A stretch of DNA of 64,000 bases, taken from Octopus sinensis. Lineage: Eukaryota. A model generated the notes under the pieces. The model was not told where the DNA came from and made no database searches. It was given only the letters and a program-made list of their open reading frames with translations. The stretch lies in contig NC_043003.1 of the NCBI RefSeq assembly GCF_006345805.1, positions 79,298,001 to 79,362,000 on the forward strand, in the 5' to 3' direction. This document shows positions 25,345-38,389 of this stretch, one piece after another; the stretch's first letter is position 1; each line of letters opens with the position of its first letter. The position numbers and the translations under genes were made by a program.

Positions 25345-27099
25345 CATATATACACACAGATACACACACACATATACATATATATATACATACACACACA
25401 CTCATGCATATACATGTATACAATTGATCAAATAACTGTTTTTATGAATTGATTACTCTTTTTACTCTTTTACTTGTTTCAGTCATTTGACTGCGGCCAT
25501 GCTGGAGCACCACCTTTAATCGAGCAACTTGACCCCGGGACTTATTCTTTGTAAGCCCAGTACTTATTCTATCGGTCTCTTTTTGCCGAACCGCTAAGTG
25601 ACGGGGACATAAACACCAGCATCGGTTGTCAAGCAATGCTAGGGGGACAAACACAGACACACAAACACATACATATATATATATATACATATATACGACG
25701 GACTTCTTTCAGTTTCCGTCTACCAAATCCACTCACAAGGCTTTGGTCGGCCCAAGGCTATAGTAGAAGACACTTGCCCAAGGTGCCACGCAGTGGGACT
25801 GAACCCGGAACCATGTGGTTGGTAAACAAGCTACTTACCACACAGCCACTCCTGACTAATAATGAGAAATGAAACATAGCCTATGCATGTGCTTTAATTA
25901 GCAAAATGATGACCCTTTCAAAATACCACTGTTCAACACAAGGCCACATTAAGAATCTATCAAGCAACTACACAGACTACAGACAAACAGACAGCCTCAC
26001 ACACACACACACAGATACATACCCGACTATCCTATGCTAAAGTTGTATTTTCTTAGTTTTGTTTTTAAACATTTTTCTTTTGAGGAAAGGTGATGCTGCT
26101 TTTTAACTACATTTGTGTGAACAACAAAACAAAAATGTAAATGGCTATTATGCATTTATAAACGACCCAGTTTATATGGGTTGTTGCATGTGTAAACTTC
26201 CAGACAGGGATTGTGTATATAGCAACATAAACGAATTTGTTATTTATTTATTTATTTTACATTTTCTGAAACTAGAACAATTGTGCTAATTAAGTTTTGT
26301 GCTTATTAAGCAACATATTATCTATGTAATTGTAAGTTTTATATATGATTTAGTCAGAGAAGAAAGACAAGGTCTTTATGGATGGTGGGGAATGGAGGGG
26401 AAGAAACCATGGCCTAATGGATATTGCAGTAAAAAAAAAAACACAGAACATAAAAAGTTAAGTCTTATGAGTTAGGACTTATGCCAGACCTAGGTAATAG
26501 CATACATATTCTCAGTTTGTCAAAGATTTTGAACTTACTATGTCACATATATCAGGTTTACTAAATGTGTATATAGCATTCAAAATGCATTCCCCTCAGA
26601 TATCTCACAATCTGAATGATTGAGATATTCAGGTGAAACTATGTAATTCTAGCTAACTTATCTCTGATTAAATTTTAAGATCAAGAGATTTCAAGACTTA
26701 AGCATCCCATTTTTTACCAAATTAAGGCATAACAAGTCTGGGACAACATTATGTCATAGTAGAACATTGCTCAAATGCTTTAGTTCCCACAGTATCAAAA
26801 ATGCAAACACTTCTTATATGTATATAGCATGAGCACTGAATCCCTATGTTACACCTGAATATTATCAATTAGTTACATATTGGCATGGGTGCTGGCACCA
26901 GGTAAAAAGCACCCAGTACATTCTGTAATGTAATTGACATTAGGAAGGGCAACCAGTTGTAGAAACCAAGCCAAAACAGACTATAGAACCTGGTGCAGTT
27001 TCTGCAAGTTCCTGCCAAACCATCCGACCCATACAGGCATGGAAAACAAGACGTTAAATGTTGATGATGGTGATGATCCATGACATAGATTGGCTTACA

Positions 27100-27560
27100 G
27101 TACTTGCTGTTGCCACCATCATCACTACCAGGCATGCTCAACTTCCGAGGACATATCTTACTAGTGATATGTAGAGAACAGTCTTCTCTATCGAGTCGAT
27201 ACTGGGACTATGAAGAGGGAATTTGAAGATCATTTTGGTGGTACTTACATCAGATTTCTCATGAGGATTCAAAACATCCCATGGCATGAGCACAAGGACA
27301 AAGAGAAAATTTATGGACACATTAGACCCAAATCTACTATTGTTGTTCAATGCAGAGTAAGCTTTGCTGGCCACTGCTATCAAACAGAAGAATAAGTCAT
27401 ATCAGATGTTATATTTTAGGGACTTTAACACTGAAATAGAGGATGAAGACCACTCAGCTACATTGATGTTATAAGCAGCAACACACAACATTAAGAGCTA
27501 GCAAAGTAACTGGGGGATAGAGATGCCTAGCACAGCGCAGTGAAATGAATTCTTGGTTGT
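27100..27560 (+). mobile_element. RTE-type LINE 3' fragment (second family)
   Basis: GTYIRFLMRIQNIPWHEH...IYG...QCRVSFAGHCY matches the RTE C-terminal GTYTRLL..QNISW..H...RFAGHC pattern. Confidence 0.7.
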
Positions 27561-29348
27561 AACCACCTGATGAATAAGTGTGGCTGAATGACACAGTCAC
27601 CCATACTCCACATGTTGAGGAAACACAATATTCCCTCAATCACTCTTAAATCACATCCAACCTTGTTAAAAAAAAGGAAGGATACATAACAAATCTAGGA
27701 TATCATCACAGGGATTAGAAATTCAAGACCGGATGGCCAAAACTGGAATACCTTTGATTGTAAATCTACTTGATCAGAATTGACCTGAGGCTAAACAAGA
27801 GATTTCGATGTAATTAACTGATTATTGTTTATAAAAATTTTGGAAATGTCTCCCTCTACCTAAGTTACATTAAACCGTTGATCTGATATTTACCTCAACC
27901 CAATGCAAAGTTTTTGATTAATTAAACTTTTCTTAGTTGTCACTAATACATATATACATTGGTGTATAAGGGACACCTCTCTGTGGTCACTTGACATACT
28001 ACAAATAGTAGTCAAATCTCTTTCAAATTAAACCCTAGAGTCTTTAAAAAAGAACACATTGGTTATAGTTGTCATAGATACAGTATGCTTAATGTACAAA
28101 GATGGGGTGGTCATAACCAGAACAACCATCCTGGAATGTCTTTGATCAAAGTAGTCTAGCTAGCCTAGGGCTCAACAACAACTTGTGAGAGTAGCCCCTA
28201 CACCAGAAAGAAATATCTAAGTTGATCTCTTACTGTGACTCTCAGGTGCATTTATCAGCAACTGACAATCTTATTTTTCAATGTAATCCAATATTATCAT
28301 TTTTTATAATCAACAATGTCATACTGCCATTTCCCCTCAAGTTTATCATACATCCCTCCCCCACACACATATCACCACCACTTGGTCTTCTAAGATTTCT
28401 TTGTGCCATATTGCTGATAATAACATCTGTTCACCTCCCTCATGTTTGTCAGTTAAGCCACACAGAGTGAAAAGCATGCAGTTTTTTTTTTTACTTTTGT
28501 TTTAAAATGTCAAAAACTGCTTTAACCTTGAAAGATCTTCTCAAAGAGGCACAGGGTGCATCAAAGTACAGAGATAAATTGTAGCAGATGAGAATCATCT
28601 GTTGTCTGCTGCAATTTACATCAGTGCCTTTATGCACAATGTTCCTATATAAAAGAATCTCTCAAGGTTAATAACACAGTATCTGGCATTTTAACAAAAC
28701 AACTACATTAAGTTGGATACAAAGATTACCATTTGGTACTAATACTGCTTCAATTTCTTTTACTCTTTTACTTGTTTCATACATTTTCTTTGTATGCCTA
28801 GTACTTATTCTATCAGTCACCCATGCCAAACCGTCAAGTTACGGGGACGTAAACACACCAGCATCGGTTGTCAAGCGATGGTGGGAGAACAAACACACAC
28901 ACACACACATATGTATATATATATACAACAGGCTTCTTTCAGTTTCCATCTACTAAATCCACTCACAAGGCTTTGGTCGGCCCGAGGCAATAGCAGAAGA
29001 CACTTGCCCAAGGTGCCACGCAGTGGGACTGAACTCAGAAGCATGTAGTTGGTAAGGAAGTTACTTACCACACAGTCACTCTTTTTATTTTTAAATAGGA
29101 AGCAAAACAACAACAAAAAAACAAACAAATGGGCGGGGTTTCATTACATGTGGTAGATGAAACCAAAAAACAAAGACACTACAAATGTGACGCCCAAACA
29201 CATTACAAACGAGAGGTGTCACCCAAACATATGTGAGAGGTATCACTCAAACAATCCAATAAGATTATCAATAAGGCATTAACAATAAAGGGGTAACTGA
29301 GGTGTTTATTCCAAACACCTACAGCCATAAATGAAACATCCTCTAAAT

Positions 29349-29720
29349 CAGTGATTCTCAGGGGGCTTATAAGATTTTTAGGGGGCCCATACAAGCAAAA
29401 TAGTAAATTGGGGAACCATAATAGTATTTCAAGGGTCCATGGAAAATAAAAATTGCATTAGATGTATTTATAGCAAGAAACAGTTGGGTTTCTTTCTCTA
29501 ACGTTGTACGTAGTTTATCATGTTTCTTAGCAACTGAAACATATTCTGTTGGGCAGTGCTTATTGCAAACCTATACAAGAGAAACATGTGAAAAACAAAA
29601 TGAGAATTTTGAAATAAGCATCTATAAAAAAAGCTTTAAAATGAGCTGTGGGGATCTGCTAGAATGAAATAGTAATCAAAAGGGTCCAGAGGTAAAAAAT
29701 GGTTGAGACCCATCGATCTA
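29349..29720. mobile_element. hAT-like MITE
   Basis: CAGTGATTCTCA ... GGTTGAGACCCATCG termini resemble Charlie-type TIRs. Confidence 0.5.
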
Positions 29721-29779
29721 AACAGTCTCTCAATTTGCTAGATACAGCAACTAAATTTCTCTTTTGATGTGCTGACTTC

Positions 29780-30515
29780 TAACTGTGGAGGGAACCTGTA
29801 GGAGAGGTAGACTCAGAAAAACAAGGGTTAAGTTAATGAAATATGATCTTTGGATGTTGAATCTCATGGATGCAATGACAGCGACCAAGACTTTTAGCGA
29901 TTTGCTGTGCTTGAGAAGACATGTCAAACTAAGTGAAATCAATTGTGGCCAGTGTCACATGAAAAGCACCTGTGCTGTGACATGTAAGAGGCACCTGTGC
30001 TGGCGACACATAAGAGGCACCCGTGCTGGCAACACATAAGAGGCACCTGTGCTGGCGACACATAAGAGGCACCTGTGCTGGCGACACATAAGAGGCACCT
30101 GTGCTGGCAACACATAACAGGCACCCCTTGCTGGCAACACATAACAGGCACCTGTGCTGGTGATATATAAAAGGCACCTGTGCTGGCAACATATAAGAGG
30201 CACCCATGCCAGCAACATCTAAGAGGCACCTGTTCTGGTGACACATAACAGGTACCTATGCCGGCGACACATAAGAGGCACTTGTGCTTGTGACACATAA
30301 AAAACACCTGTACCAGTAAAATGTAAAAGGCACCTGTGCCAGTAAAACATAAAAGGCACCCAGTACACTCTGTGGAGTGACTGATGTTAGGAAGGGCAAT
30401 CAGTCATAGAAACCAAACCACTGGAGACTGATGCACTTCTCCAGCTTACCAGCCTCAGTCAAACTGTCTTACTCATACGAGCAGGGAAAACAGATGCTAA
30501 ATCATGATGATGATG
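29780..30515 (+). repeat. RTE ORF2 end plus 3' UTR with ~21-bp minisatellite (GGCACCTGTGCTGGCGACACATAAGA)
   Basis: EGTCRRGRLRKT continues into the array 29960-30360 and the (GAT)n tail. Confidence 0.85.
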
Positions 30516-32028
30516 GTGAAAGAGAAGAAAGGACAGGGAAGTTCTTTTTTATTGATTCTATTGCCTTAAGGCAACAACAACAGAACAAATAGTTATTATA
30601 TCTTAAATGAATTAACCAGTTTATATAATTTGTAGTTTGCCCAATCTTCATATGACAGGGATTGTGTACACAGCAATGTTACTTAACAAATGGGAATTGT
30701 TTTTTATTTTACATTTCTCAAAATTAAAATGTGCAAATTAAGCTGTGTGTTTGCAAAGCTTATCAGCACATTACCTATGTAATTATCTATATAATTAGAA
30801 ATTTTATTTATAGCTTAGGCAGAGAAGAAGGAGTAACACTCCTGACCTTTGTAGTGGATTTTGTTAACAGTTAAGATGGAGAGTAAGGGAGGTAACAAAC
30901 AACTTCGAGGTTACTGCTGCAGGAAACACCACATCACTTCACACTACTGAAGATGGATGAAAGGTGAAATCGACTGGTTGAATATGACATCAGAATTCAA
31001 GGTAACAAGGCTAACTCCATCACGGTCCAACATATTTAGTCATCTTTTGACTTAATAATCATTTCAACTCTAGGCACAAGGCCAGCAATTTTTTAGGGAG
31101 AAGGGCGCCTTTTTTTTGTGCCGGTGGCACGTAAAAAGCACCATCTGTACGTGGCCGATGCCAGCACTGCCTTGACTGGCTTCCGTGCTGGTGGCACATA
31201 AAAAGCACCAATGCGATCATGGCTGTTGCCAGCCTCCCCTGGCACGTAAAAAGCACCCACTACACTCACGGAGTGGTTGGCATTAGGAAGGGCATCCAGC
31301 TGTAGAAACACTGCCAGATCAGACTGGGCCTGGTGCAGCCTCCTGGCTTCCCAGACCCTGGTCGAACCGTCCAACCCATGCTAGCATGGAAAACGGACGT
31401 TAAACGATGATGATAATGATGAAGGGGATAGTTGGTTACAGTGATTGCAGTGCACAACTGGTACTTATTTCACCGACCCTAAAAAGATGAAAAGCAAAGT
31501 CGACCTCAGTGGAATTTGAACTCAGGACAAAGACGGATGACATGCTGCTAAGCATTTTGTCTGGCATGCTAATGGTTCAGCCAGCTTGCTGTCTTTTTCT
31601 GACTTAGTATAACTAAATATGTACAGCAGGACCGCACCCAGACAATATGGCTGTGACACACTTGTACACATAGAGAATTCGTTTTGTAAATTCATCAAAA
31701 TTTATGTATGAATATTTGTGAAATATGAAAAATAATAAAAAAGAGAGTAAAGCTTTTAATGTAATGCATACACACACATTATATATCCACTGTTTTCTTG
31801 TTTCTGTCATGAGACTGCGACCATGCTGGGGCACAACCTTGAATGTATCAACCCCAGTACTTATTTTTTTATAATCCTAGTAGTTATTCTATTGGTCTCT
31901 TTTGCCGAGCAACTAAGTTATGGGGATGTAAACACACCAGCACCAGTTGTCAAGTGGTGGTGGTAGTGGGGGTGGCAAACACAGACACAAAGACACACAC
32001 ACACAGATATATATATTTCATTATTGCT

Positions 32029-32232
32029 CACAGGGGGCTAAACATAGAGGGGACAAACAAAGATTAAGTCAATTACATCAATCCCAGTGCGTAACTGGTA
32101 CTTATTTAATTGACCCCGAAAGGATGAAAGGCAAAGTCAACTTCAGCGGAAATTGAATTCAGAATGTAATGGCAGACAAAATACTGCTAAGCATTTCGCC
32201 CGGCATGGTAACAATTCTGCCAGCTTGCCGAC
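32029..32232 (-). mobile_element. tRNA-derived SINE family C (Nin-domain-like CCTTTCATCCTTTCGGGGTC...AAGTACCAG)
   Basis: Recurrent motif; other copies at 7790-7990(+), 31440-31600(-), 46510-46960(-, several pieces). Confidence 0.75.
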
Positions 32233-32261
32233 ACATAGATATATATTTTCTCTCTCTCTTT

Positions 32262-34576
32262 TTTTCGCTATTCCATGCCGGATTATAAATCCTACCTCCT
32301 CACTATCCACCACCGTTTGAAAGATTACCTCCGCCTACTCCCTCCAAACTGCTTTCAGCTGTCCATTAATCTCCCTCTGCTCCTTTTTAAAAAAACCCGC
32401 TTCTCTAGCCATGTCTCTTTTCTAAGCCGCTGCCTACATCACCGACTCATCCCTAAAGGTTTCCGCCTCCATTTCCATCCTGCTCTCCACTCGGCTTCTT
32501 CCATCTTACCCATACTCCGCACCACATCTTACCGCCTTATGTGTGCCACCATTCGCTCCAATCTCTCTAAACTACATACCATCAACTGCCTTCTCCCTCC
32601 TGCTTTTTCCATCTTTTTCTCTTCTCTGCCACCTTTCCATGCTCAAAACACGCTACGCTTCATTATCCATTTAAATCACCTCTTCCATCAATTTCTTTCC
32701 ATTATCAAACTTCGTAAACTCCAATGACTCCTCTATTCCACCAAACCCGACGCCACTACCCCAACTCCTCCACTGCCCTTCTCTCCTCCTGATAGGCTCC
32801 ACCCACCCACACCTAACCCCACTGTCCCTCCTAACAACACCCCACACACCTCTCCAATCCCTCCCCCTCAGACCTCCACCAGCCCTACCACCCCTCCTAC
32901 TCCCATTCCATCCACCCCTCATACTTCTATTCCACCCACCCCTTCTCCACTTCCGTCTACTGTTACCATTCCCCCTGATCTTCCCTTCTCTGCGGTGGAG
33001 TGCTCCGTCCACGGTAGGGGTCTGCGTTTCATCCCCCTCACTCCATCCTGTAAGGAATTCCAGACGCGTGCTGATGTCCACAGCTTTGTGCGCAGCGTCA
33101 GGTTGGGTGCGTTTTTCTGCGACTCACCACCCGCATCCAACGATCTGGGACGCCTGCCCCTGGCCAGTTCCTAGCAGTGGATCTTTTCGCGGGCGCCTGT
33201 CAGCGTGCGTTGGAGCGGTTCAACTTCTCCAGGCGCCACTGCTGCCTCAACATCTCCCCGGCCGAGCTCTCGGCTCTTCGTTCCCTCCAACGGCGCGCTG
33301 ACATTATCATCAAACCGGCTGACAACCTGTTCATTGGCTATGTTGAGGCCCAAATATTCTGTAGTTTCACTGGTCCCACTCCCGAACTATACGGTCGTTA
33401 CATTGACAACATTATCGGTGCCACCTCACTCTCCCGTGAACATCTAGATTCCTTCCTCTCTTTCGTTCAATCCTTCCATCCTGCCCTCCACTTCACCTCC
33501 AACACCTCTGTCTCCTTCCTCGGCATTTCGGTCAGCATTAATCACTCCACTCTTACCACCTCCATTCACTACAAACTCACACTCATACCTAAACTTCTCT
33601 TCCTCCCACCCCAAACACACTAAGCTTTCCATCCCCTATTCCTCCGTCTACGTAGGCTCTGTAGTGACGACCATGACTTTGAGACTCAGTCTCAACTCAT
33701 GGCTCGCCACTTCATCCTACGTGGATACCCCCTCACCACTATCCACACCGCCCTTGCCAGAGCACGTTCCGTAGACCGTGCATCTGCTCTCTCCCGCCTC
33801 CCTTACCACTCCACGACCCTACCTCTCCAACGCACCATTCTTCGAGCTTTCCGGCATCTCCAGTCCGACCCGTCTACTTCACACCTCTTCCCTAACCGAC
33901 CCCTCCCCTCCTTCAAACGAGCCCATAACCTACGAGACCTCTTGGTCCACAGCTCCTTCCCTGACCCTACCTCCCAACCTGGCTCGTTACCCTGCTCCCG
34001 CCCACGTTGCCGCACTTGCCCTTACCTCTCCAACACCATCCTTCTCACTGGCACCCATCATCGACCCTATCGCATCATCAACTCCTTCACCTGCACCTCC
34101 AGCAATATCATCTATTGCATCTCCTGCTCTCTCTGCCATTCCCTGTACATCGGACAAACGGGACGCCGCTTGGCTGACCAGTTCGCAGAACACCTCTGTG
34201 ACATCCGCCTTGCCAATGACACACCGGTGTCACGCCATTTCCGCTCCACCAGTCACTCCTTGCAACACCTGTCTGTGTTCAGATTGTCCCGTTTGCGCCG
34301 TGAACAGGAATTAATCTTCTCTCTTCGCTCTTTCAAGCCATTTGGTTTCAACTCACCCCCACCCCCGCACCGACTCCTACAGTCCATCTTTTCACCCCAC
34401 TCTTTTTCCCTCCTCTCTGCTCCCTCACTCCCCTCCCCTCCTCTTCTTACTTCTCCCCTCCCCCTTCCCTCTCCTCTCCTTCCTTCTTCCCTCCTCCCTT
34501 CCCTCTCCTTCCTTCCTTCTTTCCCCCTCACCCCCTCATCTCATCTCTCCTCCCCTCTCCCCCTCATCTCTCTTCC
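32262..34576 (+). mobile_element. Penelope-like retroelement (RT + GIY-YIG endonuclease), frameshifted and internally deleted
   Basis: N-terminal RCLHHRLIPKGFRL; IIIKPAD joined directly to NLFIGYVE; RYIDN (33399-33410) in place of YIDD; CSRPRCRTC linker; IIYCISC...LYIGQTGRR..EH GIY-YIG; pyrimidine-rich 3' region. Confidence 0.92.
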
Positions 34577-35812
34577 CACAGGGGGCTAAACATAGAGGGG
34601 ACAAACAAAGACAGAGAAAGGGATTAAGTCAATATATATCATCATCATTTACGACAAGCTTATTTCAGTTTCCATCTACCAAATCCACTCACAAAGTTTT
34701 GGTCGGCCTGAGGCTAGAGTAGAAGACATTTGCCTAAAATGCCACATAGCAGGACTGAACCTATGACCATGTGGTTGGGAAGCAAGCTTCTTACCACACA
34801 GTCATGCCTACATACACACACACATGTTCACATTCCATGACTGCATGGTCTGACAGGTTGAGGCTGATTTTCTACAGCTAGAAGCCTTTAATGTTGTCAA
34901 CCCCCACCTGTTTCTGAGCAAAGAAATATTTCCCCATGGCCAGACATGTTTACACAGAATATTAGAAATGAAGGACATTGCACGTATGATGGTATCATTA
35001 TCATCATCATCGTTTAGCGTCCGCTCTCCATGCTAGCATGGGTTGGACAGTTCAACTGGGGTCTGGGAAGCCAGAAGGCTGCACCAGGCCCAGTCTGATC
35101 TGGCAATGTTTCTACGGCTGGATGCCCTTCCTAACGCCAACCACTCCGTGAGTGTAGTGGGTGCTTTTTACATGCCACCGGCACTTGTTTATAATTACCA
35201 TGTGATATCAAGGTAAAGAGATACACACATTTATACATATATGATAAGCTTCTTTCAGTTTCTCCGCTACCAAATACACTCACAAGGCTTTGGTTAGCCT
35301 GAGAATATATAGTAGAAGACACTTGCCCAAGGTGCCATGCAGTGGAACTGAACCCAGAACCATGCGCTTGGAAATAAAACTTCTTAACCACACAGTCATG
35401 TCAGTACTTTTGCAAAGAGTGGCTTCTGAACCATTTTGTCTCAGCAACTACTGAATATTATTGCTCAGCTTAGAAAATTCTCTTCAAGATTTGCCTTGTG
35501 CCTGACAATGCTTATACATCCATGCACTTTTGATAAGTTTCAACTCCAGTATAAAGGACATCATTTATTCCATCCCTCCACCAACACCAAATTGTGACTT
35601 CAGCCAGATCAAGAAGTCATAGTCGCCTCTAAAATTTATTTATGCCAGGTCTTCTCACAAACATGGGTACTAATACAAAAAATTGTCTTAATTTGTAATA
35701 GCAGCAAAAAAAATAAATAAATAATGTTTTAAACGAAGATTCTAGAGATGTAATGAAAAACGAAAAACTAAAACATGAAAAGCAATGGAACATATTGTTC
35801 CCCTGTTCTATA

Positions 35813-36121
35813 TTTAAGTGATGAGAAATTATGTACATTATTTACAATTGACGGATATTTGTCCTCATCTTGTTTGTTGTTAATGGGCATATGGCGTAGT
35901 GGTTACAAGCGCGAGCTACTAACCCCAAGATTCTGAGTTCAATTCCAGGCAGTGACCTGAATAATAATAATAGTAATAATAATAACATTGAAAAATACCT
36001 TAGGAATGAGAACTCATGTTCGATATTTTCCTAAGACACCTGATGAAGGCTGGAGGGTATCTCAGCCGAAATGTGTTAACAACAAACGAGATGAAGACAA
36101 ATATCCATCAATTGTAAATAA
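35813..36121 (+). mobile_element. tRNA-headed SINE-like element carrying a hammerhead motif and 46-bp inverted termini
   Basis: A box TGGCGTAGTGG 35892-35902; B box GAGTTCAATTCC 35935-35946; CTGATGA-A-GGCTG...CAGCC-GAAA 36040-36071; inverted repeat 35838-35883 vs 36076-36121 (43/46); imperfect ~20-bp direct flanks ATATTGTTCCC(C)T.TTC(T)ATA at 35792 and 36121. Confidence 0.7.
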
Positions 36122-36529
36122 TATTGTTCCCTATTCATACAGGCTTGTTGGAAACGTAAAAGGAGAATGAATATGATTACTAACAACAGCAACAACTCCA
36201 ATTATGTTTCAGTCTTATTGAACCTCTTCAATAAATGAAACAGTCTACCTACAACCGTAGATATCAAACTGACCCAAGATATATAAAGGACCTTTACAAA
36301 TGAACACAATGTGGACTTATCAGGAGAAGAATACATAGGGATGCCTATGCAATCAAATTTAGAGTTAATGTGGCCGTTTGTATACTTGATATAATAAGCA
36401 GAGTTATTTTAGTAAATTATAGAATGCAGTATTGAGTGAATCAATTGTTTCATTACTACACCCTTAGGTTGTTCAATACCTTTGTGTCAGTGGAATTTGG
36501 TACACAGAAACTGTGCACACAAGCACTTA

Positions 36530-36571
<42 letters not shown>

Positions 36572-36726
36572 TCTAGGTATGGTAGTTGAGTTCAGTAAAA
36601 AATTTAGATTCAGATGAATATGGTACTTAAGTTGATGCACCAGAATTTAGTATGGTATTATCCATACAATTTAAAATAAGGTGATTAAAATCAAAATAAG
36701 CATTACCTCCTGGATATCTTTGTTGC

Positions 36727-36763
<37 letters not shown>

Positions 36764-38227
36764 TATATATATATATATACACACAAAGTAGCTTATAAGC
36801 ACAGCTAATGCAAAAGAACATGTGAAAATAAAGTCAAACTACAAGTGGTCGATAACGACCCCTGAGGGTCGATAAATGCCTGAAACTGCTCATCTACTTT
36901 ATTATCACGATTATTTATTTATTTTCTTGTACATGCTTGGGGGTTGATGAGGGGGTCAAGGATTCCATGAAGGGGTCGATGGTCTAAAAAGGTTTGGGGA
37001 CCCCTGTATCAGAATAAAGCAGCTTCAGTTTACTTTCAGTTATCTTTTGGAAATCTTTCGGCTTTAGCAGCAGAAGTGTCAGATTGCCTATCTTTTTGTA
37101 TTAGGTGTGCATGTGTTATTGCTCTGTATGTGATTCTTTTCACTTCTATTGAGCACTCTTGCTAATCCATCGCTATGGAATACCAACCCATATAGATGAT
37201 ACTCTCTCTTTTTCATGTTTGTGTGTCTATGTTTGTTTACACCGGTCTCCGTCTCGAACCGGTGTTGCTGCTTATGTTGTGTTCCTTTATGCCCCGTAAC
37301 TTAGCGGTTCGAGAAATAAAAACTGATAACAACCAGAAGAAATAAGTACCTATTTCGATATGATTGACTAAACCTTTGAAAATCCGTAAAAGAATAAGAC
37401 AAAGAAATAAGAGTATAGATTGGTCAATATAAAGATCCTGTATATTCTAGACTTGGAATGAAAGAGCGGGGCATAGTAGACGGAATAAGGAGAGCGAATT
37501 CCATTCAGATTTATACAGCATCGTTAGAAATAATCACAAGATTTCGAAGAATCTGATAGTTTAATGTCGGTATGAGTCATCCTACTTAATAAGAAGCACT
37601 GTATGCAGTGTCGGGTGTTTTGCCTCAAGTCAATAGTGATAGAGCAAACCCATGATTAAAGGCGTTACAACGGTGACCATCACATTGTTTTGTTTTGTTT
37701 TTTTCCTCTTTTTTTTTTTTAGTATCATGGCCTATATTACTCAATTAATTCACGACCGAAGAGAGATACCCTCGCTGTTTCGTTACGGTTGACTAAAAAA
37801 TATCGGTAATTTTACCAAAATATCTGCACACTTTTTAAGACCATTTCAGACTAATTGCCTGTGTCCGAACTTTTTTTTTATTTTTAAGATGGTAAGTGAT
37901 TTGAAGATTTGACTGCTATCTTGTAACAAGGTGAACGATCGACCATGTAGAGGCCTCCTTGGTGCGTTATCGCTTAATTCCATTCAGATTAGCCGTTAGT
38001 GAACAGAGAGCTATCATCTATAGTGAAAGAGATTTATTTCAGCCTTGAAAATACAGTCTTTTCTAGGGGTAGGTAGAGCCTGCACTGTCTAACTACGCCG
38101 CAATAACAATTAATGACATCAGGTCCGATACACATACACAGAAACAAATTTCAGCATCGACAGTCAAAACATAATTCTTGCAAAACACATATTTTGCAAC
38201 AAACAGTTTATAAATAAACACACACAT

Positions 38228-38277
<50 letters not shown>

Positions 38278-38389
38278 CACACATACATTATATTATATTA
38301 CATTACATTATATTATATTATATGGACGATAAATATGAGTAATGTGTAAGGAGAAAATGAAATTAGAAATTAGAAATACTTGAACTGAC

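Noticed and set aside
23970-25435. 332-aa and 375-aa Cys/His/Arg-rich ORFs
   Set aside because: They are translations of the RTE-tail minisatellite and microsatellites; stop-free because of repeat composition, with no splice or domain evidence.
35885-35955. Possible tRNA gene
   Set aside because: It has A/B boxes but no complete cloverleaf or acceptor stem; it is a SINE head. The same applies to 17180-17256 and 59400-59470.
36240-36500. Short open frames resembling retroelement RT or an exon (YTNGHINSKF...)
   Set aside because: Weak splice sites, phase not needed by gene A (exon 1 joins exon 2 directly), and similarity too faint to support.
37755-37790. CCGAAGAG...CTGTTTCG hammerhead-like words
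   Set aside because: The core elements are in the wrong order and orientation; no stem II closed by GAAA.
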